Source: Schizochytrium sp. TIO01
Taxonomy: Eukaryota; Protista; Bigyra: Labyrinthulomycetes
Reading direction: 5' to 3'
NCBI GenBank assembly: GCA_004764695.1
Contig: SMSO01000032.1
Location: 3,876,483-3,940,482, forward strand
DNA length: 64,000 bases
Part shown: in pieces, positions 47,206 through 57,901 of the stretch
Numbering within the stretch: the first letter of the stretch is position 1
Layout of the letters: each line of letters begins with the position of its first letter
Notes under the pieces: model-generated
Told to the model about the DNA's origin: nothing
The model's input: the letters and a program-made list of their open reading frames with translations, nothing else
Database searches by the model: none
Made by a program: the position numbers and the translations under genes

Positions 47206-48387
47206 CTACTTGCGATCTGCAAGCAAATAACGTCGCCGGTGACGGCCAGGGGCCAGAGACGCATCTTGAAAAAATGTACTCTTGCTAAAATCATCACTTG
47301 AGTTGTCTTCATCTTCATGATTTTTTGAAGGGCTGCTCGTCGATTGCGATGCTTGCAGGAAACGGTCTTCAATATTATATGCGAATAGATCTTGCTCGCG
47401 CAAAGCGCGAAATGAACTCATTACATTTATATTTGGGTCGTTCTTTCCATCAAGATCACGAAACTTTGGTAGCATCGGGACCAAAGCGATGGCGCCCTGG
47501 GAAGAAGCTGTCTTGTTTTCATGTGGTGTCCTCGCAAATAAACGTACAGTCGGTGTCTCCTTGCCAGCATTTCTTTCTGAAGGAAGAAACCCAAGAGCAT
47601 TGAGGCGCCGCCTTGACCTACGTTGAAGCCGCTGTACTTTCTTTGCTACCTTGTCAGACTTGTGTGTAGCCAGACGATTCAAGGCCAATCGAGCCTTTTG
47701 CACCGCATTGTGGTCTGCATTTAGTTCTATGGTCTGTGCATCTGCTTCAGGAACCTTCTTCAGCTTTCTACCCCGTTTGCGTGGTTTTTTTGTAGGCTCA
47801 ATGGATGCAATACCTTGCTGTGAGAACGTCGTTGTTGGTTGCCCTTCAGCTTTTAGATCTGGATTTGGCTGTGGCAAAGTTGAGTTTGTAGTGGATCCTT
47901 GTTGCATTTGTATCGCATAATAAACATCGCGTGGTTGGTGCTGATACTGCAGCTCTAAAAGACGACTATATTTGGGCCAAGATGCGTCTCGAATTTTTTT
48001 GACTTGGAGAGACCTGTCCAGTCCCGATTTACTGTTATTCTTACGAGTCCCATGGTCAAAAAAGAATCGATCTCCACCTTCGCTTCTCTCGTCCTCCTCC
48101 AGAATCCGCTTGCCAGAACTCCTGGATACAAAGAGTGGAACGGTCTTCTGAGTCAAGATATCATCATCTGGTTCACAGCCCTCATATCGCCTCCACGTCT
48201 GGTCTTCTGAGTGATCTTGAGCCCTGTTTTGTCCAAATACGTCACCATTCTTCTCGAGTTTGATAGTACGTTTGCGGTATTTGCGGCGAGGGGCGAGATC
48301 ACTATCGGAGAGTCCAAGCGCTTCAGGATCTGCATACTTGCGAAGATCCTTAACGAGTGCGTCAAATGACTCCTCCGTTGTTGACAT
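47206..48387 (-). CDS. Hypothetical basic, probably disordered protein
   Basis: 393-aa ORF with ATG start and NLS-like basic clusters (KKPRKRGRK, RRSRRR); no recognised domain. Confidence 0.6.
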   Translation of the reverse strand: MSTTEESFDALVKDLRKYADPEALGLSDSDLAPRRKYRKRTIKLEKNGDVFGQNRAQDHSEDQTWRRYEGCEPDDDILTQKTVPLFVSRSSGKRILEEDERSEGGDRFFFDHGTRKNNSKSGLDRSLQVKKIRDASWPKYSRLLELQYQHQPRDVYYAIQMQQGSTTNSTLPQPNPDLKAEGQPTTTFSQQGIASIEPTKKPRKRGRKLKKVPEADAQTIELNADHNAVQKARLALNRLATHKSDKVAKKVQRLQRRSRRRLNALGFLPSERNAGKETPTVRLFARTPHENKTASSQGAIALVPMLPKFRDLDGKNDPNINVMSSFRALREQDLFAYNIEDRFLQASQSTSSPSKNHEDEDNSSDDFSKSTFFQDASLAPGRHRRRYLLADRK

Positions 48388-48916
48388 GGCAGTGCCTAGT
48401 CTGAAATGGAGTTTTGCATCACCGAGGTTTGCTTACTGTTGCTTCTTATGTTTTTTATATTTTCTACCCTACTATCTACCTATAGCTAGCTAGCTACGTA
48501 GTTGTTTAACATGAAGGTATGAGGAAAAACAAAAACGATCGAGTTATACTCTCGGTCGAAGGGCAGGTCCTTAAGCAAGAAGAATACATACTCCATAGAA
48601 TGAATGAATATTAGGGTTCATTGGCCTCCCCAAATTGCGTACACTACCTATGAGGGGTGAATACACGGCCTGTTAGAACGGCAATGAACGAAGACAATCG
48701 ACATGGCTTTGAGCGAGTTTGTGAGCTTTCGAAATCCTGAATAAAATTTCACGCATTACACAATGAGTAAAATGTATCATCGAAATATCTAACCCTTGAA
48801 CAAGCATAAATTATTATAGTACTTTGGAGAGAGTGATTTTGTGTGCAAATGATACCTTTCATGCGGAGAGAAAATCCGTAGCAAAAACGAAGTTATAATA
48901 TATTTCATTCATAATT

Positions 48917-51900
48917 TCACTCGAACAAGGTATACAAAGGCCGCCTTTGAGTAGTATTGGCTACAGCAAAGTTTTGGGGTCGTTGGTACCTACGATAGAT
49001 CACATGAAGGTTTGGGCTCAGAGGAGCATCTTGTAAAGATCCATTCATACGTTCAATGCATGGTTGAAGAAGCTTAAGGGGGTAGCCGGTGACAGCTTCC
49101 ATGCGTTCTTGTGAAATCGGAGCCTCCTTCAGGAAAAGTGCATAAGTAAGAGCAGCTGCGGCAACGCAAGACGGCATTTGCGGAATAAAAAAGTGTTCTT
49201 GAAGTGAGAGCTCGCACAAATATTGAGCAAGAGCTTTTGTCTCTTCGCTCACCGTCATATTTGGAAGACTTTCTTTGCCACAACGGCGGTCTTCTTCGCT
49301 TAGCACAGTGCAGTGACGATCTTCCTCGGGGTCGTATTTGATTCGTACAACAAAAACATTGAGAAAGTCGATCACTGTTGGGACAGACATGTGAAAGTCT
49401 AGGGTATTAAGAACGTCTTCCTCAAGGCGCAGGACATCTTCAGCTTGGTACACCTTATCAGCACAGACAACAAGATCCTCTACACCAATGTAGGATACGT
49501 CTTCACATTTCGACGCAACATGTAAACATGTTGCTCCTAAAAGTTGAAAGCGATTGCGCTGCACACGCTTTTGAGCGAGATACCGGTCTGTGTAGTTTAC
49601 GGCCATAAACACGCTGCGCAAAGACATATCAAATACGTCAATCACCTCAACAAGCCAGTCTACTAACATTGAGCGATGCAAAGGCTGTAGCTCGCTTTGG
49701 CTTTGCACATTACCTACCGCAGGATCCTGCCGTTCATTTAGCGTCCGGGAAAAGGGGCCGCCATGGTGATTGTCAGCAGGAACGGGAGTGGGAAAAGGAG
49801 CAGGAACAAGAGCAGGGGCTGGCAGAGCAGGGGTTGGCACTACAGTATTGTTTTGTGGGGGCAACACAGTTGTCGGAGCTGCATCTGCTGCAGCAGCTCC
49901 AAGAGTGACTACAATTGCACGTTCACGATTGAGATTGTTGACAGGCTGCCCTGCTGTGCCATTGTTTCCAGCATCAAGATTTCTACCAGCACCTTGCTGA
50001 TGAGCCAGCCCAATAGGCGTTTGATTGTCTACTACATTACCGAGCGCACCAGCTGGCGCCTGTGTTGTTGTTGTTGGCATTACAGTTCTCAAATCAAACG
50101 ATGTTGCTGAAGGTGCCCGTTCCGAATCAGCGCCAGCAAGATAATCGACCAAAGGAAACATCTGAGCTTCCAGAGCCTTCAGGTAATGGTAATAACGAAT
50201 CAAGTAATTGATATCACCAAGGCCTTGACGTCCTGCTGAAGTATGAGAAGCGAGCTCATCAATGCGAGCGGAATACTTCCAACAGGTTGACTTTGTCACT
50301 TCATCGCCGTCGTTATGCCAGCTCAGCGAGTTTAGGTCAACGCGACCAGGAAACTCATTGTCATTACCAAATTCTGCATCTAGACTCGGCGTCGCTGCAG
50401 GCGAAGAAGAAGAGGAAGAAGAGGAAGAAGAGGAAAATGACGTTGATGCTGATGAAGATGATGATGGTAGAACGGGAGTAACGCTCGACCCCTTCACTAT
50501 TTGCTGTGCCTGTTCACCTCCAACTTCAGCTTTGGAAGCTGGGCGAATTGGATCAAAATAGGCATGGCGGAGTGCATCTTCAGCGGTAATGCGAGTGTTA
50601 GGGTTCACATCAAGCATTTTTGTCATGAGGTCCACACCATCCTTATCAAGATCTGGAACATGAACTTGAAGAGAGCGACGAGGCCATCGAGGGAACTCAG
50701 TCTGGTAGTTCGGCAGGCTTGAAAATCCTGGCCAAGATGAATTTGTAGGAGTACCAAGCTTTAAAAAGATTTGGAACAGCTGGTCGATCTCGCAAATTCC
50801 AGGAAACAGAGGCTTGCCAAGGATCATTTCGGCAAAGACGCAACCCACAGACCAGACATCGACAGCAGCAAAGTAGCGACCGCCCATGAGCACTTCAGGA
50901 GAGCGGTACCAGAGGGTTACGACCTCAGTTGTGTAGTTGCGAAGCGGAATCGATGTAGAACGCACCAAAGCAAAATCTGAGATGCGAATGTGGCCTTCCT
51001 CTGCAGCTTCAAGCATACGTTCATAGACAGCAGGATCCATTGCCTTTTCAGCCCCACCAGTTTCATCTGGTTTGTTATCAAGTTCTTGGCACCTGGGTGG
51101 ACGTTGATCAGTAAGGCCGAGGATGTAAGATAAAGAGTCGCGTTCTTCACGAACAGACACACACCGGCGTGAAGAGTTTGCAACGCGGGGAATGTCAACA
51201 AGCAAATGCTTCGGCTTGAGGTTACGATGCAAAACGCCACGTTGGTGGCAAAACGCTACACCCTGAAGAATCTGGTATAAAAATCGACGAATCAAAGTGG
51301 GGGGTAGCGGTTTACCTCCATCAGCATCGTTGTTTGGGTTAATTAAATCAAACAAAGACTTTTCCATGTAGCCAAAGAACAAAAACAGCTTATTGTCAAC
51401 AAGAGAGATGCGCTCCACCGTGGCAATATGAGGATGCCGTAGGCCTTGCAAAAATGCAAGCTCGCGAAGCATATAGTAAGGCACACCTTCGCCGGTTGGG
51501 TAAACACGTGCACGTTTCATAGCAAACAGTCGGCCGGACCGGCGGTGAAGAACTTTATAGCAACTACCTTCCGTACCTTGGTTCTTTAATCCAAGGTATT
51601 GAAACGAAGCATTTCTAATGGCGCCACTGGGATGGAAAGTAGGAAATCTACGCCACAGGCGAGAACTAGTGCAGAGCTGATTCCACAATTTAGATGCCGC
51701 CCACAGTCCCTCGATGGAACCTTCTTCGCCGAAGACGAGAAACGAGACGATTTCCATTTTAATATCTTCGAGAAGATCATCAATCCTAATTTTTCTACGC
51801 CGCGCTTTTGCTTCATCATTCTCCCTCCGCCTGCGTTTCTCATCGAGTTCATCGTCAAGATCCAATTTTGACGGTGTCTCAATCATTTTGCGTTTATGAG

Positions 51901-52009
51901 TCATTGGGCTCGAAAAAGAGTCAGCAACAACCCGTGTGGGCTTCGGTGGATTTGTTTGCATGGGCTGGTTGCGTGGTGAAGCAGATCCATCGCCACAACC
52001 ACTATCCAT
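48917..52009 (-). CDS. F-box + CDK1/2-like (probable pseudokinase) + A/B-type cyclin fusion protein
   Basis: Single 1030-aa ORF. F-box-like IDDLLEDIKMEIVSFL...AASKLWNQLCTSSRLWRRF (about 51647-51784). CDK domain (about 50555-51604): EGVPYYMLRE, HRNLKPKHLL, DFA, YTTEVVTLWYRSPE, FPGICEIDQLFQIF. Cyclin N-helix YYHYLKALE (about 50140-50206) and cyclin box HRSMLVDWLVEV...DRYL...FQLLGATCLHVASKCED...LEEDVLNTLDF...YLCELSL (about 48960-49699). Confidence 0.9.
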   Translation of the reverse strand: MDSGCGDGSASPRNQPMQTNPPKPTRVVADSFSSPMTHKRKMIETPSKLDLDDELDEKRRRRENDEAKARRRKIRIDDLLEDIKMEIVSFLVFGEEGSIEGLWAASKLWNQLCTSSRLWRRFPTFHPSGAIRNASFQYLGLKNQGTEGSCYKVLHRRSGRLFAMKRARVYPTGEGVPYYMLRELAFLQGLRHPHIATVERISLVDNKLFLFFGYMEKSLFDLINPNNDADGGKPLPPTLIRRFLYQILQGVAFCHQRGVLHRNLKPKHLLVDIPRVANSSRRCVSVREERDSLSYILGLTDQRPPRCQELDNKPDETGGAEKAMDPAVYERMLEAAEEGHIRISDFALVRSTSIPLRNYTTEVVTLWYRSPEVLMGGRYFAAVDVWSVGCVFAEMILGKPLFPGICEIDQLFQIFLKLGTPTNSSWPGFSSLPNYQTEFPRWPRRSLQVHVPDLDKDGVDLMTKMLDVNPNTRITAEDALRHAYFDPIRPASKAEVGGEQAQQIVKGSSVTPVLPSSSSSASTSFSSSSSSSSSSSPAATPSLDAEFGNDNEFPGRVDLNSLSWHNDGDEVTKSTCWKYSARIDELASHTSAGRQGLGDINYLIRYYHYLKALEAQMFPLVDYLAGADSERAPSATSFDLRTVMPTTTTQAPAGALGNVVDNQTPIGLAHQQGAGRNLDAGNNGTAGQPVNNLNRERAIVVTLGAAAADAAPTTVLPPQNNTVVPTPALPAPALVPAPFPTPVPADNHHGGPFSRTLNERQDPAVGNVQSQSELQPLHRSMLVDWLVEVIDVFDMSLRSVFMAVNYTDRYLAQKRVQRNRFQLLGATCLHVASKCEDVSYIGVEDLVVCADKVYQAEDVLRLEEDVLNTLDFHMSVPTVIDFLNVFVVRIKYDPEEDRHCTVLSEEDRRCGKESLPNMTVSEETKALAQYLCELSLQEHFFIPQMPSCVAAAALTYALFLKEAPISQERMEAVTGYPLKLLQPCIERMNGSLQDAPLSPNLHVIYRRYQRPQNFAVANTTQRRPLYTLFE

Positions 52010-52984
52010 TATCTTATTTTAATCTGCCTCGAGTAATCTAAGATTTGGTGCACAGGGCTAAGCAACCCTGCACCGTTTAAGTCACTGTAAATAACTCGTT
52101 TGTCCTTTGCTGTATATGTGTCCAGAGACACTTATTCTTCCTTTTGTAGAAGCAAAATTCCTTCACAAAAATCTGCTTGCTTGGCGGTCAGAAAAGAAAA
52201 TGCCACTGAGATTGTCCGTCAGACAGCCAATCGCCTTTTTTTCTGCTCGTAGCACAAGCACAGCAACAGCCCCGGATGTATTTAACTCTATGAATCTTCT
52301 CTATGAATCTATCGGAGATAGCAACCCGGGTCCCTGGAGACTGCCTTTAAGGATCAGATTATCCCACCTGACCCAGGATTTGGCAGCACAAGTGCAACCA
52401 AAACAAAGAGCGACGGAAAAGGAAAAGGGACTTTAAAAGTAAAGAAGTAAAGAAAGAACGAAAGAACACTCAATGCACAGGAAGGAAAAAGCCCAACGGA
52501 GTCTCCGCTTCCCCTGACTTCCGCGCGCCTCGGCGCCCTTTGCACGGCCCCTCGACGTGAGGGTGGCCCTCTACCTTCCTAGGCGCGTGTCCTATGGCCC
52601 CGCACTCTGGATGATAGCCTGTGCTGGAGAAGGCTTGCGAGCCGACTTCTGTCTAAAAACTAAGAAACAGAAGAATGAGGAATGCAAAGAAAGAACGAAT
52701 GGATGGATGGAGGTGATGAAATCAAAGGAAGCACCAGAGATGCCGCCTCTCGATGGCCGCGGGGTCAAAAGAACCTACGTAGACGAGATTTGAGGTCCTT
52801 GCAGAGCGCCGCACGTTGCTCTCGCCTTGCCTCGCGTGCTGGGGCTTTCCCGGAGACTCGCACTGGGCGCTCTCACGTCACTATATTGCAACGATTATGA
52901 GATTGATCGATCAAGTGCTTAGAATCAAACTCATCATTCTAGCTATACCCTTCCTAGTACCTACTAAGTCCTAGAAACAACCAT

Positions 52985-53032
52985 AACCTAACCTAACCTA
53001 ATCTAACCTAACCTAACCTAACCAACCTAACC
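52985..53032. repeat. Imperfect (AACCT)n pentamer repeat; a (CTTGGT)n tract follows at about 53070-53097
   Basis: Directly visible. Confidence 0.85.
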
Positions 53033-55400
53033 GACCCTATCAGCGTATATGTGGGCTGGGTCCTCGTCCTTGTCTTGGTCTTGGTCTTGGTCTTGGTTTT
53101 CGATTCTTGGTCTCAAGCATGCGTTCTCCCCTGGATCGAATGAACTTGCTTGCGACTGGATTTTCGGTCAAAGACGCTGGCCAGAACAACCTCTTAGTGC
53201 GTGCCTAGATGAAAAGGCATCCATGCCCATGCTGGTGCGAAAATCAGTTTTCCCGCTATGGAATAAATTCACTTGGAGGGTGTGTGCAACGAACAGCTTT
53301 GAAAGTCTTCATGAAAGAAAGCTTTTGCGCGACTCGCGCGTGTAAACAACCATGGCTCAACATGAATGGTTCAAGCTCGCAACACAAAATGTGCAAAATT
53401 TGTTATTTTAACCCGCATTCTTAGCAGCAACCATTGCTCATCGGCTTTGCTCTCCTGGCAGTTGCAAATAAAGGTGGGGAAAATATCATAGTGGCGATTC
53501 TTGGTGTACCTACTAGAGTAGGAGACGTTAATTTCTCAAGTAATAATAGTACGTAGTGGGTTGGTAGGTAGGGTAATACATTGTACTTGTGTGTAGTATG
53601 GGAAGTATGCATTGGGGTTATATTCAAGCAAAAGCTTCGATGAAAGTAGGTAGCCTCTGACCAATGAAAGTGCTTATGTTGCCTGCTTTTGAAGAGAGGA
53701 TTAACTGTGATTGAAGCCACAAAAGCGAGACACAAGACTAAAACAATATCACCACCTCAGTCAGAGTCGCATTGGCCGACCCCCGAAGCGCCTATATTGC
53801 TGCTGAATTCTTCAGCATCAGGTACAAGCATCACAAATTCTGTCACAGGTTTGTAGACTGTAGAATCGCTAAAACCTAAAGTGTGACTCTCTAGACCAGC
53901 CAGTGAAAGGGCTATACCTTCAAATCAACATATCTTCTGTGCTCTTTTTGGTTAGGGAATCAGTAAACATGCAATATTCGATACTTATAAGAACCAAATT
54001 TGCTCAGTTATTTATTCTATAAAGCCGTATGCTACCATAGTGATGAGCAGTCTCAATAGGCGTCTCGTGCGTGCTGTACGAAAAGTCATTCATGAATGAC
54101 TCATTATTCAGTGTTGAGAATGAAGCTTATGATATATATCCCAAAAACATTTAAATACAGTTTTGTCAACCATTTTTAATTCAAATGGATATATTGGTCT
54201 TTCGCATCGAGCATCAAAATCAAAGTTGAACCCAAACAAAAATACCGTCTTGCAGTTATGAAAAGGGGTAATAACGTTATCGAAAAGGAACACAAATGGA
54301 GTCTATGTACAAAAAGAGCGGAAGTAGATTTTAGCCACTTTTTCTAAGAAATCGTTTTTATATGTGCAATTTCCAGCATCCTTCACCAAACTTTTGTCAG
54401 TTTCTGTAATTTAGGAATTTCAGTTTGCTTTTTCTAACCAAATTCATAAGTAAAATATGAAGACATGAACAGGAAGGAATAACTTGACAGTATTTTCTTT
54501 TAATTTCCTATAATCTGTTACAGACTCCTGTCAATAGCTAGCCATTAGCAAGAACAAGAACAGTGACAACGACATTTAGCAATAGCCACCAAGAACTTTG
54601 TGCAATCCACCAAGAACCATGTAATAATTCATTATCAACACTGCGCAAATATTTTGATTTTTAAAGAGCTTTCCCTTTCTTTATTTTGAATTCACCACCA
54701 AAACGATTTGGAGTTACTTGCTTTACAGATGGTAGATGTCTCTAGGAAGGCCTTATATCGTTCGCTGTAAATAGGTTTAATGTTTATGAATAGACTTTGT
54801 TGTGATCCAGGGCTTCATTCAGTTCTTCGTAGCATTCGTGTAACATGTATACTCCAGCTTTTTAGAGTTCATGAACAATCCTCTAGCCCTCAATTACAAC
54901 ATATTGTCAAAGTCACGCACCAATCGAGTTAAGATACTTGATCGCTAGAATGTCGGGTACAAACTCTTTAGTAGCAGGTGCTACATGCTTCAGTCACGAA
55001 ATTCATGAAGCCATCAAAGTTCTTTCGTTCCAGATTATGTTGAACACCTCACCGTGATCAGATCGTCAGCTTTATCCAAGTCGGAAACTCTGCCACATCA
55101 GGAAGAGTGAAGTTGTCTGTCGCAAACCTTGCCAAAAATTATCTGCTCCCCAGATCTGGCACACCTCGACGGAGAAACGGAAAAACTTAACAAAATAAGC
55201 AAGAGGTAGGCATATAGGGTCTACACAGTACCTCCTACCTACTTATAGAAGTAAGTTGATTTGAAGAAGAAAAGAAGAAGAAGATCATTTCCTCTTTAGC
55301 AGAGCCACGTGGAAAAGCACTGCGCGAGTGCTGTGCTGAAGCTTTTGAAGAGGCGTACAGCGCGCGTTGAGGGGGGCCTGGGCGCGGCGGAGGCCCACAG

Positions 55401-56963
55401 ATGTCTTCGTCAGGATGGTTCGACTTTTGTAAGTGGGCTAGCGAACAGCAACAGGTTGAAATTACAAACTTCTTTCCGACAGCGACGACAGCGACGACCT
55501 CAACTTCGAGAGAACTCTGTAAAGCGCATCAAAAACGGTGCAGCTTTGCAGTGATTACTCAAAGAGAATTTGCTGAGCGAGAAAGTAGAGGCAGTTTGTG
55601 ATTTTCTAGGAAATGAAATGTTACGAAGCTAGAGAAAAGTGCAATGCATGGGGTTTTTGCAGGAAACAAACGGCGTAGCTTCATCACATTTCTTCGCGAG
55701 TTTCATTTCATGTGTTTGTACTAAATGATTGTACTACTACGCAAGGATCTTGATGAATAGGAAACTAACGGCCAGTGGGGGTTGCGAATTGCTTTGCTTG
55801 TGATGCTCTGGGGCATTCTGTATTTTTTTAACTCTATTCAGACCAAGCGCCTGCGAGTAAGGCCATGTTCTTTAGTGTCGGTCTTGGAACGATTGCAAAT
55901 GCATACTTATCAAAGACACCATGGACAGGCTACGATGTAACTGCGTTTTCAGGAGTGAAACTACATCGTGTCCTAGCTGGTCAGTTTGTGTTCGGAGGAA
56001 TTGGCGAGCTCGTGTTAGGCATGGGTCTCATCTATCATTTTAGAATGTTTGAGCGACGCATGGGTTCATCCCGCTTCCTTTCCTTTACCACAATGTCTAC
56101 GTTGCTATCAATCACTTTCCAAATGGTAGTGCTCATCATGAACCCCGGATTCGATGGTCCCTCCTTGACCCAAGTTGCAATTGGCCCGTATAGCTACATT
56201 TTTGCCCTCTTTGTGCATTATTTTGTTTATGTGCCGAAGTTACAGAAATATAGGTTTCTTGGCGCAGAGTTCTCTGAAAAGACCCTCATGTATCTTTGGG
56301 GTAGCCAGCTTCTTCTTGCTCAAGGCAACAACTCAATGATCGCCTCGTGCTGTGGCCTCATAAGTGGGCTGCTTTGTCTTAGCGAGAAGCTCCCCTTCAG
56401 TAAATTCCATTTGCCAGAACCTGTTCTTCGCTTTGGAAAGGACTATGTTGCCCCCCTCTTTGCGAGCCGCAGCCCAGCAGAAGTCGCTGCTGAGCGCTCA
56501 CGGCGTCAACAGCAGGCTCTCGCAAGAATGGGCCTTGACCCAGCAACAATTGCAGTAAGTTTAGCTCACCTCGTATAACAGAGATGGAAAAATTATCGAA
56601 GCCAACATGCATGGTAAGATATTTGGCGCATGCTTGACACAGACGTAGAAACTAACGTACGCGATGTAAACACGCGAAAATTTTATTCGTATATAGCAAA
56701 TGCAACAAGAAATGCAGGGTCAGCAACAGCAACTCAATGCGCAAGGATACCAAGTTGATCAACTTCTTCCTGGACCTGGGTTTCTTAATGGCCCGGGTAT
56801 GGGAGGCCCTGGTTTCAATGCTGCTCCCCAGGCACTTCCAGAGCCATCCGAAGAAGATATTGCTCGCCTCACGGAAATGGGTTTTGATCGCGAACGCGTG
56901 GTGACTGCTCTTCGTAGGTGTCACAACAATGTCGCTCGCGCTACTGAATCCCTGCTCATGTAA
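55401..56963 (+). CDS. UBAC2/Dsc2-like rhomboid pseudoprotease with C-terminal UBA domain; exons 55401-55428, 55842-56554, 56697-56963
   Basis: Splicing gives MSSSGWFDFYQAPASKAM... Rhomboid-like core IYHFRMFERRMGSSRF, GPYSYIFALFVHY, FSEKTLMYL. UBA domain PSEEDIARLTEMGFDRERVVTALRRCHNNVARATESLL. Both introns have GTAAGT donors and restore the frame. Confidence 0.88.
55429..55841 (+). other. Intron 1 (phase 1) of the UBAC2-like gene
   Basis: GTAAGT donor; pyrimidine-rich ...ctctattcAG acceptor; frame restored. Confidence 0.8.
56555..56696 (+). other. Intron 2 (phase 0) of the UBAC2-like gene
   Basis: GTAAGT donor, ACTAAC branch point at 56651-56656, TAG acceptor; joins the membrane domain in frame to the UBA exon. 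Confidence 0.85.
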
Positions 56964-57901
56964 TCAAAAAAGGAATAGTTTGACAAAATGTCGCGAATCC
57001 AAACATATAAATAATACGTTTTCCTATATTTTCTCGTTCATGCCTCTTGTGTATCTGCTTCTGCATCAAATTGCACTTACTTAGATGTGAACATTATTCT
57101 TTTCTCCAAGAAGGTTTCTGTGCTCTTGCTAAAATGACTAATGACTAGGTGCGTACCATCTTTCTACATCGTACGATGTACTTTATGATATGCAATACTA
57201 CACCGTGCGTTACTTTGCTTTCCAAAGTGCCAAGTTTGAACCTGTCTGACCAACACGTGCTTGGAAATATGATCTGTTGGCCAACAATTGTCATTAGAGA
57301 CTCCTGCACGGTTTTATGTACTTACTGTCACCAAAGTAATTGCATCCTGGAGACTATATATTTAGCTAGCCTACTAATTATGTCTATCTGCCGAGGTGCT
57401 ACTTCCATATGAGAAAAGAAAAGAAAAAGAAGAAACCCTGGGTTACAATCTTCAAAAGCTTCTTCAAGTCTTTTATTCTAAACTTGCGCTACACTAGAGT
57501 AGACCATACGTAGGTCTTGAACACCATGTGAATGCACCTGTACTGATTCTTAGGAAAGATTAGGTAGTTACCTATGCATGCGGTTCCCAGGGACAATAAA
57601 ATAAAAGCTTAAAGATTGCCAGTGCAATAAAAATTCGTTTTCAACTTTAAGTATTTCTAAGGCTAACAAAAACTGCTATAATCAACTAACAAATACGATA
57701 GAACCCGCTCAACAAAACCGCCAACAAGGATCTGGGGATAAGAAAGACAAGTCTTCAACGAAGATCTTTCCAAGACCGCCAAAAACGAGACAAACCTCAA
57801 ACACAAGGTACCCCGTACGATCATCTCGACAACTTTCGATCGTTGCGGGCTCAGAGAAGGGTCTGGATTCTTTTTGAGGTAAAGCGGTCACACCATCGAA
57901 G

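Noticed and set aside
52985-53032. (CCTAA)n as a telomere or chromosome end
   Set aside because: Short, imperfect and internal, flanked by ordinary genes; treated as a simple repeat.
55865-56963. Two separate genes (237 aa and 87 aa) as listed in the ORF track
   Set aside because: They join in frame through a canonical intron into one UBAC2/Dsc2-like gene.
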